Source: Gammaproteobacteria bacterium (GTDB taxonomy: Bacteria > Pseudomonadota > Gammaproteobacteria > JACCXJ01). Taken from it: a stretch of 64,000 nucleotides of DNA. The notes beneath the pieces are model-generated. The model saw only the letters and a list, made by a program, of their open reading frames with translations, was not told the DNA's origin and did not search any database. How positions within the stretch are numbered: position 1 is the first letter of the stretch; every line of letters starts with the position of its first letter. The translations under genes and the position numbers were made by a program. Shown here one piece after another: positions 1 through 9,850 of the stretch. The stretch is taken from NCBI GenBank assembly GCA_050740455.1, contig JBOIDF010000001.1:2839-66838 (forward strand), in the 5' to 3' direction.

Positions 1-534
1 TCTCTTGTAAGCGATATCGAGCGCGAACTCCGTGATCTTTTTTTTCAATCTAGTTTGCCTCGTCTATTACGTTACGAGGATCGAAATGCCATGTATTGGT
101 CAATTGAAAATCGTGTGCCGTTTTGTACAAAAAGTTTAGTTGAGGCAGCGTTCTCACTCCCAGTCGGCAGCCTGCTTTCGCCTTTTGGTGTAACCAAACG
201 TGTTCTGCGCGCGGCTTTGCGTGGTATCGTTCCCGATATCATTTTGGACCGGCGTGACCGTATTGGATTCTTTACCCCGGAAGCTAGCCTTGTACTTAAT
301 TCTTCTAACTTCGTAACACAGTTATTCAATGAGTTTCCAGCCGATTGGTTACCGCAAATCGATTTTACCAGCATGCGGAAAACCTGGCGTGATATATCGG
401 AAGGGAAGGCGCCTTATAGGCCTGTGGTATGGCGCTGGATTAGTCTATGCCTATGGGCACGCGCTTTGCGCGAGCAACCTGCTGCTACCGCATTAACTAG
501 CTATACAAACAAATACGCCCTCGAAGAAGAGTGA
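1..534 (+). CDS. Asparagine synthase (glutamine-hydrolysing)-like amidotransferase, C-terminal part; 5' end lies outside the window
   Basis: The reading frame is open from base 1; the listed ORF start at 55 is TTG. The C-terminal block ...LRYEDRNAMYWSIENRVPFC... resembles the AsnB C-terminal synthetase domain (the xDRxxMxxSxExRxPFLD motif). Stop is at 534. Confidence 0.6.
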   Translation, partial: SLVSDIERELRDLFFQSSLPRLLRYEDRNAMYWSIENRVPFCTKSLVEAAFSLPVGSLLSPFGVTKRVLRAALRGIVPDIILDRRDRIGFFTPEASLVLNSSNFVTQLFNEFPADWLPQIDFTSMRKTWRDISEGKAPYRPVVWRWISLCLWARALREQPAATALTSYTNKYALEEE

Positions 535-544
535 AAATCGACGC

Positions 545-1624
545 TCAATCCTCTCCCTTCTTCCTGCCTCTTCCAGTGGGGGAAACGGCGCTAGAATCGG
601 TTTGAACGCATTCACTATAGGACTGGTATCGTGTTTTTCTAATCAGCGCAAAGTCTTGGTTAAATGCGCGGATAGAACTAGCGTTGAAGTATTCTGCTGA
701 GCGCTCCATAAAACATCCTTCGCTAATATGATCTAATTCATTCACGGGATAGCCGTAAGCTTTAAGCAGGCCTAAAAAGCTGATCCGCTGTCCGTCCGGG
801 CAGACAAGCTCTGAATCGTAGAGAAAGGCAAGTTCGCGATTTGAAAGTTCGTGATCGAACGACAAATCCGCGAATATCTGTCCGCTGTATTGATAAGCCC
901 GCCACTGCTCAAGCCGGAAGATTCCCGAACGGTATTCATTGGTTGTATAGGTTTTGAGAATATCGTCGGGATCGATATCGATACCCGCGCTTTTCGCGAT
1001 TCTTGTGGTTATCTCAAAGGGCGATGCTACCAGATCCTCATAACGAATTTCGATGAGCCGTGGCGAAGTGCGATAACGTCGGACAGCATCGACTTCCCGC
1101 AACCAAATCAAGGCGCTTTCGAATAGACTATAGCCGCGTCGTTTTAGCGACGCGACTACCGATCGGCCATCGCGGACGATATGAATGAACCAGTCCTTTG
1201 GAAAAGCTGCTAGATAAGCTCCGACGGTGCTGGCATTGTGCGGGGTCTTTTCCGCAAAGGCACGTATTTCACGACCCCTGAATCGCGCACAATGATGCGC
1301 GAAACGATAAATGAACTCCGGTAGTGTTTCGGCACCAGCGATTAACTCATTAAGGGTGTTTTGATTAAGTCCAATCTGAGCCAGATAACGGGTGTTGAAA
1401 AAACGAGAGCGGTGGCTGGTAGCGGACGCTAGGGGAAACGCGGATCGATTGAGTGCCTCCTGCTTGAAGTCGTTATCGTACTGATAAGCGCGCTCGACGC
1501 ACAGAATATTGAGCTCGGGTCCGCATAGGAGTCCCGGACCAGAGTCGAGTAAGTCCGCAAGCAGCGTGCTGCCGCTGCTCGGGCAACAACCAACCGCAAT
1601 AATGGGGAGCTGTAAGGGCTGCAT
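545..1624 (-). CDS. Sulfotransferase family protein (PAPS-dependent, P-loop-like N-terminus)
   Basis: 359 aa. N-terminal GCCPSSGSTLL 5'-PSB-like loop, a KTPHN..RDGRSVVAS 3'-PB-like region, and overall sulfotransferase-domain architecture. Lies in the low-GC island. Confidence 0.55.
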   Translation of the reverse strand: MQPLQLPIIAVGCCPSSGSTLLADLLDSGPGLLCGPELNILCVERAYQYDNDFKQEALNRSAFPLASATSHRSRFFNTRYLAQIGLNQNTLNELIAGAETLPEFIYRFAHHCARFRGREIRAFAEKTPHNASTVGAYLAAFPKDWFIHIVRDGRSVVASLKRRGYSLFESALIWLREVDAVRRYRTSPRLIEIRYEDLVASPFEITTRIAKSAGIDIDPDDILKTYTTNEYRSGIFRLEQWRAYQYSGQIFADLSFDHELSNRELAFLYDSELVCPDGQRISFLGLLKAYGYPVNELDHISEGCFMERSAEYFNASSIRAFNQDFALIRKTRYQSYSECVQTDSSAVSPTGRGRKKGED

Positions 1625-1627
1625 CGA

Positions 1628-3382
1628 TTAAAGTGTGAGCGACACCGTTTGTGCTTGGTCCATGGCGATAACATAACGATCAAGTTCGTTATCTGAGCCG
1701 GCATCGGGTAGGACATCAACAGAAGCCTTGAAAGGGGATTTTGAAGGTACCTTAATCTCCAAAAAACACTTGCCAGCGCTGGTGATCGTGAGGTTGCGTC
1801 CAGTACCCTCTGGCGCAACCGTTCCGCTCGTATGATAGGTTGACCTGACGGCGGCGACGTGATCGCATAAGCGGCGCACGACGGCACCTTCTGCTCGCCA
1901 AGCGTCGAGCCTCTCTTCCAGGGCGGGTGAAAAAAGGTCGGGGTGATTCGCGACTATCAGGTGCCCGCGATATCGTCGAATCAACCGCTCGTGGGAGTCC
2001 GCCCAGTACGGAGGCGATTCGACTGGTAGGGGCCGTTGAGTAAGCACGAGACCCGTGTCGCGGTCAACTTCAGGGTGAGGTACCCACTCCGTGAGCCGTT
2101 CGCCGTAAGTAAGCTTTAACGATGCCAAGGTGGATATCGTGCGGTGTCCTTGCCAGAGGCTGGCGTCTTGTCCCCCATGGTTTGTGGTGCCGAAGATTGG
2201 CGCACTGACCTCCGCACGCAATCGATCAAGGAATCCGTGGTCTCCGTTTTCCACATGGCAGACGTGCCACCCGATCTCATCGCCGGATCCTGCTGCTATA
2301 TACGCCACCTCCCTGCAATAGGTCTCTGGCTTGAAGAACCATGTCGCTTGAAACCCGTGTGTTTTCTGCCAAGCGACGTGTCGTGCCATTCCTTGACGAT
2401 CAAGAGGCCGGTCGACGTCCCGGCGCAGCGATAGCACGAATGGTGCCCACGGGGGTGCTGGTAATATCCTCAACGATACGCCAAAAGTTTCCAGTGCGGC
2501 AGCTTCAATGCGTTGTTCTGCTTCAACGGCGAGAATCTCCCGCAATGCATCTGGCGGATGACGGGATAAGCCACGCGGTAGCTCGGGCACAGTCGAAAGA
2601 ACGTTAAGGACCCCGAGCAGGCCGCCGGACTTCGGCGGTAGAGGAATGACAACATGATCTTGGGGCGCACTGACGGAGATCACGAGAGTATGCGCCAACA
2701 TGATCAGAGCCTCGATCGCCACGGGATCCGTGAGATATCGCTTGGGTTGCTGATCGATGTCATCAAGGGTAAAAAGTCCGGCGGTTCGGTCAAAAAACCT
2801 GGTGAACAACAGTTCCACCAATTTTCTCCAGGTGTGGCCGCCCCTGGCGATCTGTGCAAGCAGTTCGGGCCCCTCGCCGCGTGGCAAGCCCGGCCGGAGA
2901 CTTCTCCCGCACTGCCACCGTTCCTCGGGTTGAGGTATAGAACCCGTTGCCAAGACGGCCTTTATCCGGCGCGTATCGACATTGACGAAGTTAAGCTCCG
3001 TTTGGAGATGCTCAACGACCTTCGATAAGCGCCAGACAGTGTATGGGTTCAGCGGTTTGCCCCGCTCCAAACGCACTGCAAGGAGGTTGAGCTGGCTCGC
3101 CAGCAGTTCAGGCACCAACGCCCTGAGCGACGCATCGTCGGTGATCGGATTCGGAGAAAGAAGGACGGCAGGATAGCTTGACCGCAGCGGGTAGCTACGG
3201 GCTTCCGGCCATGCACCGGGCGGTTCCGGAACAGACAACGCGCGACGGATCATAGTACGAAAATAGTCTCCGCCAATACCCAGTAGAGGGCCAAAACCCA
3301 GGGCACGCAGCAAGTGCTCGATGACTTGATCACCTCCCGGGGATTGCCTGGAAGCGGAATGACCGGCATTAATGGAGTTCAC
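1628..3382 (-). CDS. Polysaccharide deacetylase-like (CE4/NodB-fold) domain protein
   Basis: 584 aa. Block ...FQATWFFKPETY...GDEIGWHVCHV..NHGG... resembles CE4 motifs (TWF, H-x-x-x-H). It is a paralog of the next gene, and its start overlaps the neighbour's stop by 4 nt. Confidence 0.45.
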   Translation of the reverse strand: MNSINAGHSASRQSPGGDQVIEHLLRALGFGPLLGIGGDYFRTMIRRALSVPEPPGAWPEARSYPLRSSYPAVLLSPNPITDDASLRALVPELLASQLNLLAVRLERGKPLNPYTVWRLSKVVEHLQTELNFVNVDTRRIKAVLATGSIPQPEERWQCGRSLRPGLPRGEGPELLAQIARGGHTWRKLVELLFTRFFDRTAGLFTLDDIDQQPKRYLTDPVAIEALIMLAHTLVISVSAPQDHVVIPLPPKSGGLLGVLNVLSTVPELPRGLSRHPPDALREILAVEAEQRIEAAALETFGVSLRILPAPPWAPFVLSLRRDVDRPLDRQGMARHVAWQKTHGFQATWFFKPETYCREVAYIAAGSGDEIGWHVCHVENGDHGFLDRLRAEVSAPIFGTTNHGGQDASLWQGHRTISTLASLKLTYGERLTEWVPHPEVDRDTGLVLTQRPLPVESPPYWADSHERLIRRYRGHLIVANHPDLFSPALEERLDAWRAEGAVVRRLCDHVAAVRSTYHTSGTVAPEGTGRNLTITSAGKCFLEIKVPSKSPFKASVDVLPDAGSDNELDRYVIAMDQAQTVSLTL

Positions 3383-5106
3383 GGCATCGATTGTTTCGTG
3401 TTCGGCTCGATGGCAATGGCCACCGTGGATGTAGAACCGTTTGAGGACAGAACTACTCTCGGTTGAGCCTCGGCCAAGTTGACGTGGGCTACGCGGGTCC
3501 CCTGAAGCAGGACGACGGAGTGAGCATTATCGCCGTGCCCGATAGAGAGTGTCGCGGAGTACGGTAAGGGTTGTCCCCAGGTCAAAGACATGCTTCGCGT
3601 ACCGTCCTTACGGTAGACGCAATTGCGCGCGAGTGCCCAGCTTGCGACTTCGGCCATTGTCGCTGGCCATACACCGGCGAGATCGAGGCCGTTGGATAGC
3701 GCGATCATTTCTTCGATGTGTATGTCGGGGTGATTCATGATCACACAGTGTTCTCCGTTGGCGAGCGCTTTCGCTGATTCGGGAAGCAATGTGCTCAGGC
3801 AGTGGCCCTCGGGACGCGTACTCCGATCCAGGCCGCGGTGCCGCGCGGGAAGTACGAGGCTCGACGCAGTCGGAATGTCATTATCCACGACGATTGCCAA
3901 GGTCGGTAAAGATATATGGCCGCCCAGAAGCTCGCCGTAGGACATGCCCGATGCTTGAGCCCAGCGAATCTGATGCTGGCCTAAATAGCCTGCCGCGCCA
4001 CCGCCGCCGTGAGCCGTGTATCCAGCAACGGGAACATCCGCCTGTTCCCGAAAAAACTTTATTTCCCTCTCATACCATTGACCGAAATCGAATGCCTCGG
4101 TATGCAACGCTATCTCATGTCCGGCGGAAGTTACCTCGCCAATAAGTTCCGGGTGATAGGAAGCGACGCGCCAAAACCATGTGGATTTGATGCCTCGCTC
4201 CACATAGCATTGAAGCAGACGGGAGATATCCGCCCGCTGTTTTTGAACTTTCGGCGTATCGAATTTTAGATCTCTATCGAAGTCGTGGCGAACCGTCAGG
4301 CAAGCGCACTTCGAATGCGGCCATCGGTCTACGGCTATGGTTACCCTATCGTGCCGTCTGAACCATGCCTCGCTGGCGCTGAGTAACCAGCGTTCAAGCG
4401 GTTCAAGGTTGGACCAAGCGGTCATGGCATAGTAACCGTGCGGGTAGGGGGGCATTAGGTGGTGCTGTACCATGATGTCAAGCAGCGGCACGCCGAACAA
4501 CAAATGCGGTCCGCTGCGCACCCCAAGTACGTAACGCAATCCTGATGTGTCTACGCCCCAGACTATTGGATCGCCATCGTTCAACCGTTCAAACGCCTGA
4601 AAGCGGAATGTCTGTGGCGTCCAACGGCGATCGTCGGCTTCGAAGGGGTAGGGTTCGGAGATTTCAGTGCGGTTCGCGGGGATGCGCCGCAAAGATACTC
4701 GGTTAAAACGCAATGTGCCAAGATGCTCACCCTGCCCGTCGAAAAGTTCCAGCTGTTCGGCCATTAACATGCGCGTGGCTATCTCGAGGTGTGAGAGTAC
4801 CGAAGCGGCAAGCGGGCCTTCAAAAACCAAAGGCAGGCTGCTAAATGATTCCTGCCAGGCTGTTGAGCGCGTAACAAAACCGAATGCTTGGGCAGTGGCT
4901 GGCGAGGGTGTTTCTACCCGGGAGAGAATCCAACCGTATTTCTTTAAAATGACCTCGAAAGCGGCGCTGAAATAGAACCGGCATTCGTCATTTTGGACCG
5001 ATCGAACGAGCGAATCAGGTGGACGGAAGATCAGCATGGTAGCATATGGCGACTGCTGTTTCTCGGGGCGTGCAATCGATCTTAGTTCCAAGGACACCGA
5101 TGCCAA
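3379..5106 (-). CDS. Polysaccharide deacetylase-like (CE4/NodB-fold) domain protein
   Basis: 575 aa. Contains ...LTVRHDFDRD...IKSTWFWRVASYHPELIGEVTSAGHEIALHTE..., CE4-like motifs. Confidence 0.5.
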   Translation of the reverse strand: MASVSLELRSIARPEKQQSPYATMLIFRPPDSLVRSVQNDECRFYFSAAFEVILKKYGWILSRVETPSPATAQAFGFVTRSTAWQESFSSLPLVFEGPLAASVLSHLEIATRMLMAEQLELFDGQGEHLGTLRFNRVSLRRIPANRTEISEPYPFEADDRRWTPQTFRFQAFERLNDGDPIVWGVDTSGLRYVLGVRSGPHLLFGVPLLDIMVQHHLMPPYPHGYYAMTAWSNLEPLERWLLSASEAWFRRHDRVTIAVDRWPHSKCACLTVRHDFDRDLKFDTPKVQKQRADISRLLQCYVERGIKSTWFWRVASYHPELIGEVTSAGHEIALHTEAFDFGQWYEREIKFFREQADVPVAGYTAHGGGGAAGYLGQHQIRWAQASGMSYGELLGGHISLPTLAIVVDNDIPTASSLVLPARHRGLDRSTRPEGHCLSTLLPESAKALANGEHCVIMNHPDIHIEEMIALSNGLDLAGVWPATMAEVASWALARNCVYRKDGTRSMSLTWGQPLPYSATLSIGHGDNAHSVVLLQGTRVAHVNLAEAQPRVVLSSNGSTSTVAIAIEPNTKQSMP

Positions 5107-6223
5107 TTAGATTTCGTTTAAAACAACGGCGATACTCAAGCGGATCGATAAGCCTGCAGGTGTATCCAGCTGATAGAAACCAACCAATTATTTCGTGGAA
5201 CGAGTGGCGATGGGCGAAGAGACAGGTCCAGCGGTCACGCATGGAATGCTCGGAATGTCGAAAACGCCAGACATCCTTTTTCAAGCCTTTGCGACGATAT
5301 TTCCGAAAGTGTTGCAGGGCCAGTAGCTTTACGAAGATACTCTGTAGCGGTTCCGGGAGCCTTGCGATCTTAGGGCGCAAAAAGAGTTCTGCAAGATAAC
5401 CGAGTTTTTTCGCGAGCTTCCCGCGTTGTGCGTCTTCCAAGGCGTAGACCCATATGTAGATATCCGCATGAGGTGCAGCGAACCGCCGTGCGCTAGCGAA
5501 TGCACGCTCCGTATTATAGGTATGATGTAGCACGCCGTGGCTGTATACAAGATCAAAGCTCTCCGGCGCGAATGGTGGCGCGAAGACCGACGCGATGCCA
5601 TTGTGTGCGAGCGGACAGGCCTTAAGGCGCGCGGCTACGCGTAGGATGGACGTGTTCAGGTCAATTCCGAAAACCATCCGCTCTGTGACCTGTGCTAAGA
5701 ACATACTCTCTAGCCCCGAGCCGCAGCCAATGTCCAAGGTTTTGAATCCATTGGCGGGCGGGGCGGTCCTTGGCCAGCAGAGTTCTAATCTGATGAAATC
5801 GCAACGTTCCTCATGGTTGTACGTAAACGTTAGTTCATCGCCTTCATCGATGCTTGCCCATTCTGCGGTAAAGCTCTTCTGCGTAAGTAGCTCGCCGGGA
5901 CGTGGCTTTGCGTCCGGCCTGCGGCGGCCGCGCCACGCATGGTGGTGCTGGGCATTTTCCGCTTCGAACCGATCGATGAGCGCATTGTTGAAATCCAAGA
6001 GTATTGGAACGCCGCGATCAATGGGATACCAGTAACCGGCGCTTTCGCTCAAGAGGACGCCGCTATTGATCTGTCGGCTAAAGTCGTTAACCGTGAAACC
6101 GAGAGCTTCTAATCTACCCTGATCTTCTTGGGATAAGGCCACATCTTCTTCCTCGAAGGGTAAGAGATGTAGCGGTTCGCCGCTAATCGGGCAGCGATAA
6201 ATGGACGACGCCCAGACCTTCAT
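5015..6223 (-). CDS. Class I SAM-dependent methyltransferase with N-terminal Trm112-like zinc-ribbon
   Basis: 402 aa. The N-terminus has a CPISGEPL Trm112-like motif. The central LDIGCGSGLESMFLA is SAM-binding motif I, followed by ..DLVYSHGVLHH.. Confidence 0.65.
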   Translation of the reverse strand: MKVWASSIYRCPISGEPLHLLPFEEEDVALSQEDQGRLEALGFTVNDFSRQINSGVLLSESAGYWYPIDRGVPILLDFNNALIDRFEAENAQHHHAWRGRRRPDAKPRPGELLTQKSFTAEWASIDEGDELTFTYNHEERCDFIRLELCWPRTAPPANGFKTLDIGCGSGLESMFLAQVTERMVFGIDLNTSILRVAARLKACPLAHNGIASVFAPPFAPESFDLVYSHGVLHHTYNTERAFASARRFAAPHADIYIWVYALEDAQRGKLAKKLGYLAELFLRPKIARLPEPLQSIFVKLLALQHFRKYRRKGLKKDVWRFRHSEHSMRDRWTCLFAHRHSFHEIIGWFLSAGYTCRLIDPLEYRRCFKRNLIGIGVLGTKIDCTPRETAVAICYHADLPST

Positions 6224-6282
6224 CCCATTTGCACTTTATATTTAGCCGGCGCTATAGATTAGGAGCGATAGAGGCAACGATT

Positions 6283-7491
6283 TTACTCGCCTCGTTGGAT
6301 GACACGAAACAGCGTACGCGCTCCTGCACTAGATGCCGGTATCTCGACTGTGGCAGTCGATAGGTAATACTTGATGTCACCGAACGGCGCCAAAAGCTCA
6401 TCGAGCTCTTGCGATTCAAACATGATGTCGAAATCACGTTGGTATTGCTGCGATTTGATATTCTCGTGGACTATGAGTAACCCGCCCGGGTTAAGTGATT
6501 TCCACGCCCGCTGTAGGGTCCGGGCGCGCCGTTCTCGCGGCACGTAAAGCAAAGACCCAACAAAGCTGATGATGTCGTATCGTTCCGGGAACGGATACTC
6601 CTCGGCGGGGGATAAAGCATAGCGCAAGCGACCCTTCAATTCCGTTTCAAAGTATCGGTAAAGAAAATTGCCGATGTATAGGTTGAACGGCGCAATATCG
6701 CAACAGACGGCCTGTTGTATTCCGGTCGAATGGTCGAGCAGCATTTCAGCACAGAGCAATCCATATCCGCCCCCTACGTCACACAATGCTAGCCTGTTTC
6801 TTCTGGTTAAATATTGGTGGATGATGGCTCGGATGACGGCGCTCTTATAGGATATTCCCCAACAATAATAGACTTGTTGCAAGAACGCGTCTTTGAGGGT
6901 TGTGGCGGCCAATCTGCTTTGAGAATCTACCCAATCGGTAGGCAGCAGGAAGTCATTAAAAAGCTCGAAGCTATCGTCGGTCGCACGCACGACTTGGCGA
7001 TCGGGCCAAGAGTATTGCTCGATCGACACCCGTGTCACCGCGCTCAAAAACCAATCCAGCGTGGAAGGAGCGGATGGCGGGGCCGGTTCGGTAAAAACGC
7101 TCGCATAACTTGGATGGTTATCGTGTAGGTTAACCGCGCCAAGCTTTTCACGCAGTAACTCAGCCGACCAATAGCCCTTTTTTTGTGCCTCGGCGTGATT
7201 CGTTATGGGTAAGAGCAACTCTCCCCCGGGGTGTACCGATTTCAATAGGGACCTTAACAGGCACGATCCCCAATTATTGGAGAATAGTCGAAGGCTGCGC
7301 CCAACCATAATCGACGCGAATGCTCTCGCGGGCATGGGAAACAAAATATTCCCCACGCCGGACGGTTCCCACGGAAACCCGAGTGCCTCCGACGTCAGGG
7401 TGAAGCGTCGTGCGGATTTAAAATGATGATGAGGGAATCCTTGTTCATCGGCGTCTTTGTGAGCGATGTCGTAATGCAAGCTCGCGTGCAA
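6283..7491 (-). CDS. Class I SAM-dependent methyltransferase
   Basis: 402 aa. LCDVGGGYGLLCAEML is motif I, and ..DIISFVGSLLYV.. follows. The divergent AT-rich region 7492-7804 is upstream. Confidence 0.6.
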   Translation of the reverse strand: MHASLHYDIAHKDADEQGFPHHHFKSARRFTLTSEALGFPWEPSGVGNILFPMPARAFASIMVGRSLRLFSNNWGSCLLRSLLKSVHPGGELLLPITNHAEAQKKGYWSAELLREKLGAVNLHDNHPSYASVFTEPAPPSAPSTLDWFLSAVTRVSIEQYSWPDRQVVRATDDSFELFNDFLLPTDWVDSQSRLAATTLKDAFLQQVYYCWGISYKSAVIRAIIHQYLTRRNRLALCDVGGGYGLLCAEMLLDHSTGIQQAVCCDIAPFNLYIGNFLYRYFETELKGRLRYALSPAEEYPFPERYDIISFVGSLLYVPRERRARTLQRAWKSLNPGGLLIVHENIKSQQYQRDFDIMFESQELDELLAPFGDIKYYLSTATVEIPASSAGARTLFRVIQRGE

Positions 7492-7804
7492 GATGGTAAG
7501 TCCTCTTTTAGTCGAATCGGCGGAGGAGGTCAGTGCTGATGTTTTTTTGTCGCTTATTTCGCCGTCGGTTGCCGTTTCCGCGCATATTAATTGGGCCTCG
7601 CTCGTGTGTGATGCTGGTTGGAAAAAATTCCGGGCAAACCGTATACTACTAGCGTAGATTATGAGCTAAGGCGACAACGGGACGGCGAAATACTAACAAA
7701 GTTCTCCTAATAAATATTGGAAGCAGGTTGCTCGTGTCAAACTCGATCAAGAATCTTTCTCAATGCCAAGCAACGCTGGCCTGAATCAATGCTGTTTATA
7801 AATA

Positions 7805-8947
7805 TTGTCACGATGCCGGGAGATCGTGATCGTCTATTCGAGTCAACTGCGCATGGCTGAAATTGTACCATTGCCATCGAGACGATGGCGCAGGGCCGAA
7901 AATATTCTCAAGATTGCGCTAAGCAAACTGCGACGCAAGATGATGATCTTGCGTTCGGCCCTTTCGCCCGGTTCGACCCATGACGCTATGGATATCATGG
8001 TCCGGGTGCTGCGACTAAACGATCGGCAGATCAATAAGATTAAGATGCTTGCCGAAGTGCGTAACGAGTCGCTGGATACGACATTGCGCCGGACGCTGTC
8101 GAACTTAGTAAGCACCATACCTAAGCGCGTCGCACCTATGAACGTCTTGCGGGCGCTGGACTATAGGGACATCCGCACGGAAGATGGCTTGGTAAGGATT
8201 GAGTTAAGCAACGGGCGCATCTTTTATAATTATCCCTCGCGTACCCGTTATGTGCATATCTACGGAGCGCTACGCGATATCGTCCCTCGCGGTTTGAAAG
8301 CCGAAACCTATCAGCCGGCGACCGACGTCGTGAAAAGATATGCGTGGGGCGCCCATGGAGGTTATTTTCCGGGACCCGGTGGCGTCGTGATAGAAGGGGG
8401 GGCGTTCATCGGCCTCAAGGCAATCCGGATGGCCGAAGCGGTTGGACCCAGCGGAAAAGTCATCGCTATCGAGATTGGACGCCGAAACTTCGAGGTCATG
8501 TGTCGCAATATCAATGCAAATGGCATGGAGCACATTATTACCCCACTGCACTGCGGCATCTGGAAAGAACCCGGTCAGATGGAGGCAGAGTTCGAATACG
8601 CTAATGCCTACCATCTGGCGAAACCTGATGAGCACGACTGGTGTACGCGCAAAGAAACGGTAGAAACTACGACGTTAGACGATATCATCGATCAACAACA
8701 ACTGGAAACTGTTGATTATCTCAATCTTCAGTTGAATGGGGCAGAGTACGAAGGCCTGCTCGGTCTCAAACGGCGACTTAACGATGTGAAAATTCTTTAT
8801 GTGGCAGCGTATTACACTCGTAACGGCGTACGCCAGGTCGAGGCGGTTTCAAATCTGCTAAAGAGCAAAGGCTGCAAGCTGCTGGTCGTGTCACCATTAG
8901 GTTCAATAACTGCCGTGACGCCCCGCTTCTCAGCAGGATATGGGTGA
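7805..8947 (+). CDS. FkbM-family methyltransferase
   Basis: 380 aa. GGVVIEGGAFIGLKAIRMAEAVGPSGKVIAIE plus ..LNLQLNGAEYEGLLGL.. match the FkbM domain. The 5' start is uncertain. Confidence 0.6.
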   Translation: MSRCREIVIVYSSQLRMAEIVPLPSRRWRRAENILKIALSKLRRKMMILRSALSPGSTHDAMDIMVRVLRLNDRQINKIKMLAEVRNESLDTTLRRTLSNLVSTIPKRVAPMNVLRALDYRDIRTEDGLVRIELSNGRIFYNYPSRTRYVHIYGALRDIVPRGLKAETYQPATDVVKRYAWGAHGGYFPGPGGVVIEGGAFIGLKAIRMAEAVGPSGKVIAIEIGRRNFEVMCRNINANGMEHIITPLHCGIWKEPGQMEAEFEYANAYHLAKPDEHDWCTRKETVETTTLDDIIDQQQLETVDYLNLQLNGAEYEGLLGLKRRLNDVKILYVAAYYTRNGVRQVEAVSNLLKSKGCKLLVVSPLGSITAVTPRFSAGYG

Positions 8948-9244
8948 GGGAGATACGACTAACTTCCCGAGCCAGTGCGATGCGAGATCGTCGTAACCAA
9001 GGTGTGGAAACAATGAGAGGCAAAGCCTAAGATAGGCGCAGCCACTGGGCACACCTTTGATGATTCGGATCTCGAAGATTTCACAAATTTGTACCAGCTC
9101 TCCGACTCTGATCGGGGTCGTTCCGACATCAAGGAATTTACGGTCAAACTCCACACAACTTCCGCTTTTGACGGTATCTTAGAAACTCCGGCCGAGCTGA
9201 AAGCCACCATTTAAGTATGTAGCGTAGTACGTTACACTACGAAA

Positions 9245-9530
9245 GTGATCCGAAGCTTCCGGCATAAGGGTTTGGCCGCCTTCTTTATGGAGGGCGACGC
9301 CAAAGGCATCCGGCAGGATCAACGGAAGCGATGCCAAATACGGCTGAACGCCTTATGCCGCCTCGACATTTGAGGATTTGAACATCCCCGGCTTTGACCC
9401 ACACTTGCTACACGGCAAGCCCTCGCGTTACGCGATCAAGGTCAACGGGCCGTGGCGGATCACCTTTGAATGGGTCGATGGCGATGCATGGCGCGTTGAC
9501 TTGGAACAATTCACTGAGATTGAACAATGA
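9245..9530 (+). pseudogene. higB: higB (RelE/ParE-fold toxin) disrupted by a frameshift
   Basis: A GTG at 9245 opens VIRSFRHKGLAAFFMEGDAKGIRQDQRKR.., a HigB N-terminus, which runs into TGA at 9371. The HigB C-terminus (..NIPGFDPHLLHGKPSRYAIKVNGPWRITFEWVDGDAWRVDLEQ) continues in the +1 frame (9366-9530) and overlaps the higA start in ATGA. Confidence 0.6.
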
Positions 9531-9850
9531 GCACGAAGCACGAGTATCCTGTCAAGCGTGACCCGAAACTGCCACCGACGCACCCCGGCGAACTATTGAA
9601 GGAAGACGTGTTACCCGCCTTGGGTTTGTCGGTGTCGGAAGCCGCCCGTCAGTTGCGGGTAAGTCGTCAGACCTTGCACCGCATTTTGTCGGGTGCAATG
9701 GCGGTAAGCCCAGAGATGGCTTTGAAGTTGGGCCGGTTTTGCGGTAACGGTCCTGATCTGTGGCTACGCATGCAGATCGCCTATGACCTATGGCACGCCG
9801 AACGGCGGATCGGAAAAGAACTCAAGCTGATCCCGGGACGAGCGGCGTAG
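9527..9850 (+). CDS. higA: HigA-type HTH (XRE) antitoxin
   Basis: 107 aa. The sequence ..HPGELLKEDVLPALGLSVSEAARQLRVSRQTLHRIL.. is typical of HigA, and the gene sits immediately downstream of the higB remnant. Confidence 0.8.
   Translation: MSTKHEYPVKRDPKLPPTHPGELLKEDVLPALGLSVSEAARQLRVSRQTLHRILSGAMAVSPEMALKLGRFCGNGPDLWLRMQIAYDLWHAERRIGKELKLIPGRAA

Noticed and set aside
9017-9214. Protein-like 65-codon frame (..FDDSDLEDFTNLYQLSDSDRGRSDIKEFTVKLHTTSAFDGILETPAELKATI)
   Set aside because: No in-frame start codon or RBS, so it is probably a 3' remnant of a deleted gene. It is mentioned under the higBA finding only.
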